Below are positions 13,601 through 26,940 of a stretch of DNA of 64,000 nucleotides, one piece after another. Origin of the DNA: Ophelia neglecta. Taxonomy: Eukaryota. A program made the translations under genes and the position numbers. The notes below the pieces were generated by a model. That model searched no databases and was not told the DNA's origin. It saw only the letters and a program-made list of their open reading frames with translations. The DNA is taken from contig OZ260663.1 in the NCBI GenBank assembly GCA_965285935.1, positions 68,200,001 to 68,264,000 of the forward strand, written 5' to 3'. Within the stretch, counting starts at the first letter, position 1. Every line of letters begins with the position of its first letter.

Positions 13601-16217
13601 CATGGAGACTGTGATCGTCTGCCTTGCGGTAACCTACGGGACATGCATAAATAAACCAGATGGGACCATCTCCTTTAAATTGGTCGATAGGCACGAGGCC
13701 AATTACATTGAATATAAAAGTCAAACATTTTGTCGAAATTCGGTTCAATTTTCAAAAACAGCCAAGTTTGCCATTTAGCTAAGTATATAAGATGTATTGC
13801 GTTATGATTTGACACTCAATGGTAATATATATTTAATAAGTGCAATGTTAGTGTTGTCAATCAAACTTGGACTATTATGTACTTTATTGAATAGTACATG
13901 CAAAATACATATCATCCAACTTCAAAAAAGAGTATTGAACATATTTTAGAACATATATGTATATATTGTTTATGTTATAGCATTTGAAAGTCCTAGATAT
14001 TTTCAAAATATCTCGATTGAACCCGTCTGAAACTCGAGGTCTGACAGGATAGTGTCATGACTTGCGGATATTGCATGAGTAGTCCCACCTTCAGTGCATG
14101 ATCGTACCTCAACCAGTCACCCATTTACATACTGACAGTTTTGTTGGTCTCACAATGTTTAATGAAATAGAACAATATTTATAGTTTCTGCATGGGATAG
14201 TGGCTTGATGCATGTGCTCAAGTTGAACAATAATAGTTAATATTGTACTTTCAACCAAGTTTTAAATTCAATTTATATAACTAAAGCAAAAACCAAAAAC
14301 ACGAAGAAATAATAAAAACCACAAATGAAAAATAAATAAAAGATATAAGGATGTAATTAAGAAATAAATTCGAGACCGAAAACGACGTATTAAAGAGGGA
14401 AGTAGTAATTAAAATGACTTTCATTATGTTGTTTATCAGCAAATATCAGATTCAGTTGGTGAGCAATAAAGGCTATGGTGACTTTTGAGCCTTGAGTGTC
14501 GTGTGTGCGATTGATCTATTCAAAAGGTTTACATTTACTTTTTCACTGGGCTTCCACCAATATGAATATGAGCACATTAGAAGATTATTTTTAAAACGTC
14601 TTTAAAAAGTCTACGATAAATGGTATTAATTTTCATACTTCAAAACTTAGCCCATTTTCTGTGCAGAAATATCACATATCTCTTCACTGGCTGAAAGGCG
14701 CGCCCAACACACCGTTTCCACTTTAAAAATACGCCTTTCGAGGCTTAACGCTCTAAACAGTAAGAGTGCTGGAATCGCTTCGTCATTGATATTAACATCT
14801 CGCGCCATGGAGCACGGATTATAGCCTTGATTCAGCTATTCAATTATGGATGTTCTACTGGGTACTAAAGCATCGAAAATCTTCAATTGTGGAATTTACT
14901 GCCCGTCTGTCTTTGTCTGTCTTTCATGAATTACATAGTAGACATTCTATTTAGAGTCGTCGGGCGCCACCAACAACCATGTTAACCCAATTCAAATAGT
15001 TCAGTTCTCAATTCACAAGACTAACTTGGCCCATTTCTTTCAAATCGTTTAATATAAATGCATCTTGAAAGCTTTTTGCGCAGTCGGTTATCCGGACCAG
15101 ACCAATATCCAATCATGCTTTCCATTTTTATAAGCTGTGAAGTGTTATCCAAATCCATACCTAGTCTTATAGTCTTGCTCATACGTTTAGCACAGGAATT
15201 TCTATAAGTTATACGCAAATATATAAACATATAAATGAACGCATTCCGACTGCATAGCTTTGTAACATAGTACCGCTGACAGCTATATCATGGCTTATTT
15301 AAAACTAAACGTTCATATTATATAGAAATTACATTTTCTTTAACATGAACATCTTGTTTAATCAATGCAATTTTTGTCGAGACCATCCTGGTTTCTTTGC
15401 TTACTGTAACAATAAGTGAAAAATTGAACCTTGTAAAATTCCAAAACGAATCAATATTGATAGACTATTAAAGTCTAGTAGTTATTTATTCCAAGTTTTC
15501 AATAGTCCACAACTGAATAAATAGCCTCCTATATATCCGTTCAGTGCTTTCAGCAAATACCAGCCGAGAAGCTTCACTTAACAACACTGTTAGCTTTAGG
15601 TACTCCTGCAAAATTACAAAAACTCTCCATCAACGGTTGTATGCACATGTTATTCAAAATAAGTTGATGGTAATATTTTGATGAAGGAAATTTACATTAG
15701 GTTGAATACTGTATTGCAGTGAAAATTGAGCACTGAAAATGGCGCTTTCCAACAGGGTTTTCATGTTCAATATGCAATGGAATCATAAACCATGGCTGTT
15801 TTCACTATGCTACATATTTCCCATTTAGACGATACTTTAAATAATATGGACAAAGAGTATTTAGTCTGTTTATATTTATTTTGTGTTTTTTCTAATGTAT
15901 ATCCTTATTGCACAGTCCATGCGACGTTCCCTATATTATCTCTCTGGATTAACTGAAGTATATACGTGAAAGCACTAGGCCTATATGTTAACATATTTAT
16001 TTCATCACACTAAACGAGAGCAAGTTAGTGCCTCCTATACACTGGTTTTACTCCAATGATGAATATGTCGCTTTATCCTTTAAAGTAATTGAATACATTA
16101 TTATTGATCGGATTGGTGTTGCTTTGTTCGCCGGCTATGTATTCCGATGTTACGAATGGGTCAAATTCAGGAAACATTCATGGGCGGATTGGTGTCGCTA
16201 TGGTACAACCTAATGGG

Positions 16218-16306
16218 TACCCTTCGCAGCAGAGGCTAATGCTTATCGCATAGCTTCTCCGCTACAGTCGAAGAGAGCGGAGCTGTGTACTCTGCTACGA
16301 AGAGAA
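16218..16306. mobile_element. 89-bp hairpin MITE with 9-bp target-site duplication
   Basis: TIRs tacccttcgcagcagag / ctctgctacgaagagaa, with an inner stem ctccgct/agcggag. Flanked by an exact direct repeat cctaatggg (16209-16217 and 16307-16315). Confidence 0.75.
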
Positions 16307-17879
16307 CCTAATGGGTAGTGAACTACATATTTAGTGATGGCCAACATTGTTTAAGACAAACTGGAACATAACTAGTCACTTGTGTGGTTTTTTTAATTTT
16401 TACCTTTTGATCTCGTTGTCATATTGTCATCCGCGTTTAATATTAATATGTAATCATCGGGCGTTATTTGTTGTTATGGCATTTGTGGGTTTTTTGATCT
16501 TTCAACATATTGTGTCTTTATCGTGTGGACTAACGCCTTTTAATGTGTACTAATGGACAGCCATTTACATGTTTTCTCCTAATTCCGTATAAGTGTAAAA
16601 TCACAGTCTATCAATGAGATGTGGTAGATGATCGTGGGACATTCGCATTAACCTCCTCCAACCTGTGTCATGGCTTAGTTGGGCTTTCTTACAATAGACA
16701 GAACCTGTAACCAAGGCGCTGGGGCAAGCACTAGACTGCACAATCAAACACAATTCTACCGTATGTAACAACTGAAGGGCCATTTCCGCAAGCATGCGGT
16801 CTGTGGACATATATTATTTATTGCATACCTTATGAGAGACTAACCATGATTTTCCAATACCTAGTGAACTGACATCATCTTTATAATTCAATGTCCGCCG
16901 ACTTACACGAATCCAGATCCGGCAATATCTGCATTTTGCCAAATATTGATTGGTAAAGTGTAGCTACACGCAGTGATGACAATCACTGCATGCAGACTTT
17001 CCAAGCACTGGACAGAAGAGGAGGGAGGCGGTGGGTAGTAGGGAGGGGGGTGCATACAGTTAATAAAGAAATGGCAGTAATTAGTAGCGAGATAAAATAG
17101 GGAAATGGGGGCGGCTAGGAAGAAAAGTGCAAGTAGGTAGAAAGATAAAATGGGGTTGGATGAGCTTGAAATGGTGTGAGGACAATTTGGTGGGAGTTGG
17201 AGTATGAAGGATTTTGGACGATGAGTTTATATAACGGTTTGTGGTATACAGCAGTGAGGATTGCTCCTGAAAGGGTAAGGTCGTGCCTACAAGTGGATTC
17301 TGGGAATAGGGTGAGGGTCAGAACCTGCAAAAGAGGGCATTAGAATGGGAGGAGGGAAAATGCATCCTTGCACAGCTGCTCATTGACTTCAAAGAGCATA
17401 TTAGGTAGACTATATAATAAAGCAAACAGTGCCTGCTAGACAAGTCTTATTTACACAAATCAATTCAAAAATCTAGCCACTGCCCAACAGCCAAGGTTCA
17501 TGCTGACGTGCTTATAATTTCAACACCTAACTTAATGATATATTAAGCCTGTTTGTTTATTAATTCCATAGTACTTCTACTGTGCTAGTTTTCATTAATG
17601 AATCCCGGTTTGCATATTTCTGGCCAAAACCTGGGCTTGGCCACCTCACCCTATATGCTTATTAATTCTAATTTTGCCCAGTAAGGAGGTAGAAAATATT
17701 ACTTTCAATGTATGTTTCCATAGTCACTACTTGGCTTTGGGATGGCCTACTGTTTTGGAAAATACATCAATGGAAGCCCATAAACTAGCCTGTCTATGTG
17801 TTACTGTTATATATCCAGTTGTATCATATTTACGCATTTATACAGTATTTAAGAGAAATAAAAAGAGAACTAAAATGGA

Positions 17880-18190
17880 TGTATCATGACAATTTTTTGT
17901 TTCCATAGCAACCAAGGATTTAATTGACATCATATCAACAGTATAATAAAAAGATATGTGTAGCATGCCAATTATGTTTATATATAAATATTCCGTTCGG
18001 TATGCCAAGCAAACAGGTAATTACATTAGGAGAGCTTCACTTATTTCTTTTAAAAACGTTACCATGGCAACCAGTGGAAATATGAATTGGCCCTATATCC
18101 AAAAATAATCCCCAGCCAAAGGGCTACAACTGTGCCAAATTTCATGCTTGGCTCCAATTTTGCACAATATTTTGCTTAGCCGCCCCACTA
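17880..18190. mobile_element. Fragment/terminus of a non-autonomous DNA-transposon-like repeat
   Basis: Repeated ccat(a/g)gcaacca motifs (~17903, ~18062) and a terminal tgtgccaaatttcatgcttg...cttagccgccccacta. A possible degenerate partner end ggggcggctagg lies at ~17107. The style is typical of marine invertebrate DNA elements, but the boundaries are unverified. Confidence 0.35.
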
Positions 18191-18902
18191 ATAAGCAAGA
18201 GTGTATTTCTATACGTTTAAATCAATCTATAGTTTAATTTGATAATTATTTTGGCGTGGGTTGTAGATATGGTTTCCATTTGATGCTTATAGTTGATCTT
18301 AATTTTTATATTGTTCTTTTGCACCATTCGCGATGTACTATTGTTTGCATATGGAGGCAATTAAGAATAGAATTTGATTCACTGTAGTCCCCTCAAAGCC
18401 AGGCAGTATTTGCTGTCGTTTGTGCCACCAGTAATTCCTCATTGACTCAAAGAGGCTTCACAAGGCTTTGTAGGCCATTTCGTTCGTGTCAGTGGAGATC
18501 TGGTCTCTCTTTGAGACATTTTGAACTCTCAAGTTCGTATGGTGTAGAGTAAAAAATTACACAGATTCTGGCAATATATCTGTTTATTTACTGGACTGCA
18601 TTAGACAAACAAACTGCGTTGATAGTTGAGGATCGACTGGCTTCTGTCCGATTTGTGCCTATGTTTGTCAGGACAGTTCTCAATTTATGGCGAAATAAAA
18701 TAGTTTGCAAAATTTTATAATTTTGACGAAACAAACACCACACGACTTGACAACAGATACAAATCAAATGAATATCGTAAATAACCTTGTAATGAAATTG
18801 AAACAAAATTATTTCCCATAACTTGCAATAAATAGTATTAAACACTTTTACATGATGAGAATCGGAGCATGAAAGCAAACGAGTCGAAGAAATGTAAGAT
18901 AA

Positions 18903-19056
18903 GTGTGAGAAATGCCCCAGTAGAGTCTATGATGGGCTGAGCTCTCTCATCAATGTGACAAATGCCCCAGGAGAGTCTATGATAGACTAAGCATTCTCAA
19001 AATGTAAACAAATGGCCCAGGAGAGTCTTTGATGGACGCACCCTCTCATAAATGTG
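18903..19056. repeat. 50-bp minisatellite, ~3 copies
   Basis: aatg(c/g)cccag(t/g)agagtct(a/t)tgat at 18911, 18961 and 19011, an exact 50-bp period. Confidence 0.85.
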
Positions 19057-19532
19057 AGTCTTTGGGTGGGTCTAAATACAAAAGTAATGAAAGAGTTTCC
19101 CCTGAAATAATGACTGGGTGAGAAGCATAGGCGAGAACTTGTGTATGTTATTTATATACAATACATTAGAAAATTCCAAAGGGTGAGCTAGGAAATTGAT
19201 TCGCTCTTCTTCCACTCGGTGTACCAAATATCCGTTTTAATGCATATATTTAAAATCCAATGTAATGCTTTTCAACCGCCTAGAGTGCATATGCTGGGAT
19301 TAGCGCACATTATTAATTATAAAAAAACCATTGAGTTGGGCATTTAATTAAGCAGTTGGGTATTCCTGCCTGAACAACATTTTGATTTTGTTTTCTTCAT
19401 CACTAATTTTTTTCTGAATATGTTCTGTTTTAATGTTTCGAACTGTGTTGAGATATAAATGTGAGCTGTGTGTCAAGAATGTCAAGTAATTTGAAAAAGA
19501 AGTATTATTTATCTCTTGACCCCGTGTATGTA

Positions 19533-19703
19533 CAGTGAAACCTGACAATAAGGGACAGCCAATGGACTAGGAAATCTGTCCTCTTTTCTCAGGTGTCCTT
19601 ATTTCACAGGTTACTTTACATGTAAAGTATTACAACTGTGCTATTGTCCTTAATAGTCAGTGTGTCCCTAATTGTCAGGTGTCCTTTAGGCCAGGTTGTA
19701 ATA
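19533..19703. mobile_element. Tc1/mariner-type MITE (CAGTGAAACCT TIR)
   Basis: Left end TA|cagtgaaacctg and a degenerate right end caggttgtaata. Internal caggtgtcc repeats and a central 18-bp palindrome tactttacatgtaaagta (19612-19629). Confidence 0.65.
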
Positions 19704-20289
19704 TGCTTTTACTCTTAACTGAATACATCACCATTTGTCAGTCCATAGTTCTTTCTATATTCTATGGGTAGCTTAACTATTCCTTGCAGATTTGCTCTGA
19801 ATCAAGCCGCGGTCTCTTCCATGCGTCAGGTATTTTTTGATGTAGATTTACAATACAAATTCTCCTTAGCGGCCTACTATTGTATTTGTGTCATAAATTT
19901 TCTGTTCAGATGTTGTGCATGTCTCGCTGTTAGCGTTTCTTGTGGGTGGACAGTATATCATTCTCGCTAGTGCTCAATCCGGAGAGCTTGATGAACCTCG
20001 AAGGCGTTCTTTTCAATTTGCAAGACTGCTTACTAATGACATTTCTCACAACACCTTTATGTAGAAAACCTCCCTAGAGTGTACTCCTCTTGATAAATAA
20101 ACTGGGTGAAAAGTCACAAATCTCGATTTCGTGTCAATATCTCAGCGCACTAATGGCTATTTTAACATAAAGAATTGTTTATTCACTCGTTTTGTGATGT
20201 TATTAACAAAACCCATGACATTATCTTCTAAAAAGCGTGAAAAGAATTTGCCATTTTCATATATCTTGTCTTTGTTCCAAATTAACTCC

Positions 20290-20660
20290 AACATGCACAT
20301 TTCGGATAAATCTCTTTAGTGGTATCATTGCTCACGAATATTGGCAAGTCTCCTACCATTTTCTTTGGCTATACGGACACGACAACGGAATAACATTTCA
20401 CCCTCAAGAAATGGGACTCGCGTGTGGGCTTGGGAAAACGAGTGGAAGGAAACTCTTCATCGAAACATGGAAAAAATCAGTTTCATTATTTAATCTGTTT
20501 GATAATTTCTTTGATAGTTGAAGTCAACATCAATTCCATTTTGAATTACTCGGCGAAAGAGCTTTTGGCTTCCTGATAATTCCATTGAGCTTAATCTTAA
20601 AAGCGATCTTGAACAATACAGCTCTCATTTGAAAGGGTATTGCTTGATATCCGCAATGGC
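20290..20660 (+). mobile_element. Decayed CR1/Jockey-group LINE RT C-terminal fragment
   Basis: The translation IIAHEYWQVSYHFLWLYGHDNGITFHPQE resembles the post-YADD 'I.S.ED..LQ.DL..L..W..N.M.F.P.KC' segment. The downstream AKRAFGFL resembles 'ANRTLGFL'. The region is frameshifted. Confidence 0.3.
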
Positions 20661-23600
20661 TCGGGTGATTTTAATTTGTTCACAGTTTTAAAATGCTAAA
20701 GTTGAAAAAACCACTATAGATCACTAGATCAAAATATGCAAGCATGCTATGTATTTACAAACAAAGGTATATATCAGGGAAAAAGTAAATACATTATGCT
20801 AAAAATGGGATGGCAAATTATAATTAGCAATGGGGGTACCGTGTGCTGTTGTCTTAAAGCTTATTGTAGAATGGATACCTCGATTGTTGCTTGTTATATA
20901 TCACCAAGTTCATTGTTGGCCAAATTATGTGATATGGCTTTAATGAGCACGCCCATTATGTCCAGTTCTATTTGATGGGTAATTGCAATTTTTATTTGTT
21001 TCTTCATTATAAGTGTGTTCCTGACTAATTCTGATTTACTGGCAGGTAACAATAATTCCTATTTCAATGGAGCAACATTCACAATTGTTGTCTACTCTCT
21101 ATTTTTATTGACGTGTATAGACTAAGTGTAGAATTCTTCTCGGTTCTGAGTCACCTAATGCTGCCAAATGAGAATATTAATATGAACACCCTCTGTTCGT
21201 TGTTCTTTTCTGGCATGTTATTCACAGGCAGCAAAATTGCAGGCAAAGCAATATGATTCTTCATTTGTTTCGATCGACCACCATATTGGACAAAAAACAA
21301 GTTTGCCAAACTAATAGAATTTACTTTATCTGGGTATGTGACGCCTGAGAGGGAAAACGTGTTGAGAGGGAACAATTCCGCGATCGCATTAAAGATCAGT
21401 AGAATGGTTACAATTAATTACCAGAACACTGGTTAGTGTCTCATTCGGTGGGGAATCGTGTTAGGACTTGATGTCATCGGGGCAGGAAGAGCTGTGCGTG
21501 TATTGTCGATGTGACCGCTATGCGAACTGTCAACAACTGGAAGCCCGTACCTGTACGGATCTGAGGAGGTTGAACTTTTAAACGCGCCTTATCTGCACTG
21601 TTTGTTTCTTTCGGCCTGTGTCTTATATGTATGAGAATCAATCAACTGCGAGCCCATCCACAACGGGACTGGTTTTAACAAAGGCATAATCCTTAAACAA
21701 AAAGGGATTCCATGGATTTAAGTGGACCATAAACAATAAAGCCACTCCTGACAACAATTCATTAGACATACGGGATCATACACTGAAAATTAGGTCCTGG
21801 GTATTTCTATCAAATGGCGTGATTTCCCCACACAACAAAAGTGCAAAACATATAAGGTAGCACTTTGGATATTTGTTAAAATTTCGTCTAACATCTTAAG
21901 GCGGTCTGGGGGTATTGGGGATGATGGCCAGCTCCTCCCACTCCACTCCTCGTGTAAAACGACCGGCGCAAGTGTCAATCAGATGTGCTTTTAGGAAGAT
22001 TTCTGTTTGCGAAACAGAGTGCTTATCGCAACGGCCAGTTTGGCCTATGGCGATGTCTATAGGTTACACAGTGGTGGCACCTTGTGCAAGGGTGCCGTCG
22101 CTCATGTCTCGAAAGGCCTGGCCAATAAATTGTGCTATTTTGTCTATAAAATTGTTATGATACATTTGCGTTTTTAACGAATCGACGTTTTCTTCCAAAT
22201 ACATATGTACCAAAGTAAATCGTATTTCTCTGTAAATCTCATTTGCCGAAGGAATGTTTAAAGAGTCCTCCAGTCGAGTATACTCCAATTGTTCTATAGA
22301 AGAGTTCAGCAGTTGTTTCGATTGGACCCCGGTCCGTGAACATTATATTTAAACGACTATGACTGGGTAGTCTTATCACGACTTTGGCTGCCTTCTGACA
22401 AACTCAATTTGCTGTTCATGTACTTTCTTATTATCGTGGCTAGCACACGACAGATCTGCCAGCACCTGTCAATACCTGGCACAACCGAACGGCGCCATTA
22501 TGTTATCAGTCGAGGCAGACGACAGACGAGGTTTCGCTGGACGTGGCTGCGGCGGGGAGCAGGTCTTTGCCACAAGTGACATCTCTTTTAATACCATCGC
22601 TATAGAAAATGGGCAACACAAGTACATGAAGTGAACAGCGCACGACTGGAAGCTCTTCATGAAGCCTAATGGAAACTGCTTAACTGACCAACACCCGAAA
22701 TTGGTGTAATCTACACCCTGTTAAAGCGCAATTCTAGTGATAACTGCACGTTTACACACGATTCAATGTATCACTCTTTTCACCGAAATGTCCTTTTGAG
22801 CATTTATCAGTATTTGACAGATTAACCAAGAACAAATCCCCGAAAGTATATACGTATTCCGACACAGGTTTTAGTCCCTGAATATAATTATCGGATACAT
22901 TGTCAAGAAGAATAAGACGCAGTTAGTAAAAGGGCGTATGTATAGAGCATGCCCAAAAAAGTTTCGTTTGAGTGCTTTGACAGCATCGTGGCTAGTAGTT
23001 ATTGTCAGTTCAATAAACATAATTCTATACATGCGATAGCCTATAGCTTTTATAAAAACATTTTTCCCGATTATATAAACCTCGCAAGAAAACACCGCTT
23101 GCCCAGAAGTGGAAAACGTGATATTTAAAGAAGAGAACGCAAGGAGCCACACATTGAGCGAATTTCTTTCAAACTGTGTATATATTGCCTTTAATTAAGA
23201 TCCCGTGAACATTATTATAACTTAGTCACTGGTTGACTTCATTCCTAGATTGACTGATTAGAGGCAAACACGACGTGAAATTATTTCCCTCGACTTTTCA
23301 CGGTATCTAATAATTAGATCATTTTCAAGCTGCACATGACACGTATTTCTGCGCTGCCCGAGCAATTTAGCATCGAGTCCTAAAACTGTTACAGTAACCT
23401 TGGACAATGCAATATACAGTGCAGTTATTAAGGTTGAATGCCATTAACACTTCATATAGTCAAAATGTTGGTACTTGTATTATAAAGATATTAGGAGTAA
23501 CAGTCACATAACTCCAAGGTCACGTTAGTCGTTTTGCTTTTAACGGTCTGCAACCAAAGAAGGGAAATCTATGAGCGGGTGCATGCTATGGCCTAGTGGG

Positions 23601-24018
23601 AATGAAAGCGTTCAATTCCAAGGCGCTAAATTTACCATTGTATATAGACTCTCTCTCTTATTCTGCTCAATATTGATCGATTTGCGGTGGTGATCATTAG
23701 CTTCGCCAATATTAAAATCCCTGTTTGTATTGGAGCTAGATTTTCCAGCCAATAACTTCATCAGTCAGCTGGTGTGAGTTTTGGGATATAATGTGCCATC
23801 TGAAAGTCCATTCTAATGGACCAAATTCACATCTTGTTGACCCAGTGGTCCAATTCAGTCATAGTGGTGATAAGTTCTATTACAATATTAACTTGTAGTG
23901 GTTCATGCAAGTATAAGGCAAGTTTTGGCCTGAAATATGAATTAATTCACGTAACTCAAAGCCAAAATAAAAGTTCAAAGAAATAAAAGCAGATAAAATG
24001 CATTATGTAACACGTTTA

Positions 24019-24042
24019 CATATATATATATATGTATATATA
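24019..24042. repeat. (TA)n microsatellite
   Basis: catatatatatatatgtatatata. Confidence 0.8.
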
Positions 24043-26762
24043 CAAGTATTGAGAATATTCAAGTCAAGAGCAGTCTAAACAACGTTATGTTTCATTGCCT
24101 ACCTGCATACCTATAGGTTGAGTGATAATTAAGATATCAAGCTTTTATTCTAGTTTTGTTTTTACTGGTGCCTAAATCATATTATGACAAAACTACATTT
24201 TTAATACAAGAGCCATAGGATAGATGCACATATTGCTTCAGCAAAGTGACACCCTAGTGTAGGTCATTAAGTTTTAGAAGCGATGGCATGTTTTAAAACT
24301 CCTCCCTTTTATTACCAATGAGGCTTTTTACAAAAATTCCACCATTTTGCAAGTGTCCGGAGAAATCAGTTCTATAACGTCAAGTTTCAGATTTTCAGAT
24401 ACGAGTCTATAATATTTATTAGCGTTTAAATATATTTGTCAACTCTCTTAATGAATTATCAGATATTTTGATTATCATTTCGCATTTCATATTTTGTCCA
24501 AGTTTACACTTTTACTCTACAAATACAAATGTGACATTTAAGATCAACGACAATATTGATAACGCATGGAGATCAATAGTTTGCAATTTGACTTACATGC
24601 TCTGCCAAAGAAAATAAAACGAGAAAGGGTACCGGACAACAATATAAAATCATTAATGAAGAGTCAATTCAATCGAGGCCCACATACATTAATACCCAGC
24701 TCGCAAACAGTAAATAAAATAGCGTTAGTTGGTTTTGTGTCGGTTGAGTGCCTAATTCTGTTTATACTTGCAATAATTAGCAAGCCAAGCACACTTAGAA
24801 GGTACTACTCACACGAGGAATCTGATGGCGACTCGATTTTATATAAGAGTAGAACATGTCCTAGTTCCGTGGGTGTGTGGCTATTTTAACGTTTCTGGTC
24901 GAGAAAAATGAAAAACCATTCGTTATGAAATTAGGCTGTCATGGACTAACACGTAATTATTGGATTAAACAACTGAGAAGAAGAAAAATATACTATGATA
25001 TGTACTTTATTCCTTTTTTGGCCAAGAAATTGCGACTTTCTTGAAGGAGTTTAATTTACGCCCAGTTGGGCAGGCCAATTATTCAGAATTCGATGTTAAT
25101 GCGATGAGAGGGGGATATGTTGAAGATTTAAACTGTATATTGAGAGCAGTTGGTTTGCTAAGTGCATAAATACTATTCCTTCATCCTATTGAGATCCTAT
25201 TAAATCATGGCTATCTTGAGCTAGCCTACTGCAACCACGTGTCTTGCATGGCACAGTCTTACATATGTGTACAATGATGACAATAATTCATTAAACATGC
25301 TATCCATAAGCAACCTGATCTCACTAGATGGTGTCACTTACAAGTATGTGAACAGGGTAATACATTAAGAGAAATCTATTTAAGGAATGCATAACAGGCA
25401 TTTACAAAATCTAGTGATAATCCTTGCTGTAACCCCCTTAACAGTACGTGTTTCGATGCCATATACAATATTTAACAATCAAATAATGAATGACAAGTCG
25501 ATAATTGGGAGCAGCACAGACAATTCGAAATTCGACATTTCTCCCTGCTGATGAATATGATCTTTTAGATCTTCAAAGACAACAGCCATGCCTGGAAACT
25601 TTATCCCACCACACCTGCTTGACTACCTACTTTAATCAGATTTTCAGTAAACCTAGTATAGATTGCTCCGAAAAAAAATGGTCTGCCGGAGGAAATTACT
25701 TGAAGATCACGTGATTAGAGAGGGGTGATCCATCAAGTTTCAAGACGACGAAATCACGCTTTCGCGATGCGTGGATTGATTTGGTGCGCCTTTTTACACC
25801 CAAAGCCTACAATTACTAAGATAAACTTAAAAACAACTTGGCAATTCGAGAGAATTGCCGCCACCAAGTTAGGTTCTGGAAATCGGGATTGAACGGCAAA
25901 TTGCGAAATTGGCGTGTTACTGTAAAGTAAGCCTATAGTCACTTTATTCGAGCTCATATAGGCATGCGATGGGTTCGTTATGCTGCATTGTGGTGAAGAT
26001 AAAATTTCGCTGGGATACTAATGTGCTTACCGGTATAGATATCTTTCTCAAACCTTAACGTGGTATAGTGTCTCATATGATCCCTAATAGATATTTTATA
26101 ATGAACATATATAGGGGTGTAAGCACAAAGCATCTAGCAGATAGAACAAACGCCATCCGATTTAGGCCTATAATAAAGGCATAATGTGAGCTGGTTTTCT
26201 CGTTTCTGCGGTAAATTCTGCCCAATATTTAGTCAGATAATGTCACAGGTGTTTCCTAATGCCGGATTCATATTTTACCTGTATCCATAACGCCTGGTTG
26301 ATAGTTGCCTCATAACAATCAAAATAACAAAAATCAAAAGGTTAGCTGACTGTCTAAAAGACAAAATCGATGAGTTGGTCGCGGTTAATACATACAATTA
26401 TCAAGAGAAGTCGGGTAACAGATTTGTCAGAATTATTCGAAACTATTCGTGAGGTATAAAGGAGCTGATAATCCCAATATATGCCTAGCCCTAGATCTAC
26501 ATGTAGAGTATTCAGTCCTTATTTTAGATGAACAGTACCGACGACCTTGGGCTGATTTATCTTTAGATTTCGGCTCATTGTCTTGCCATGGAAATTCTAG
26601 CATTGTTCCAACTGGTTTTAATGGCGTCATGAGGACGGAGGCTTCCCTAAGTTTGGCATTTCTGTTACCATATCTAAACGTGGCGCATGGCGACTGCTAA
26701 CTTCTCAGGTTTACAAATGTGGAATCTCACATGGACCTATGCCCCATGAAACAAACCAAATA

Positions 26763-26940
26763 CAGGGAAACCTGTGAATTAAGACAACCATAGGGACTGG
26801 AAAATGCTTGCCACATTTTGGAGGTGGTCTGTTAAGACAGTTTAGTCGACATTAAAATTATACAGCATGGTCTGTATGTTAGCGGTCTGAATTTACAGGT
26901 GGTCCGATTATAGAGGTGGTCTTTAAGGCAGGTTTCACTG
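26763..26940 (+). mobile_element. Tc1/mariner-type MITE, 178 bp, TA TSD
   Basis: TA|cagggaaacctg ... caggtttcactg|TA with internal aggtggtc repeats. Same family as 38455-38621. Confidence 0.85.

Noticed and set aside
17000-17350. Purine-rich segment resembling an antisense LINE 3' end
   Set aside because: The motifs are too degraded to support a call.
21898-22342. Minus-strand frame of ~145 codons with a single stop
   Set aside because: No recognisable domain, and several such stretches are expected by chance in six frames of 64 kb.
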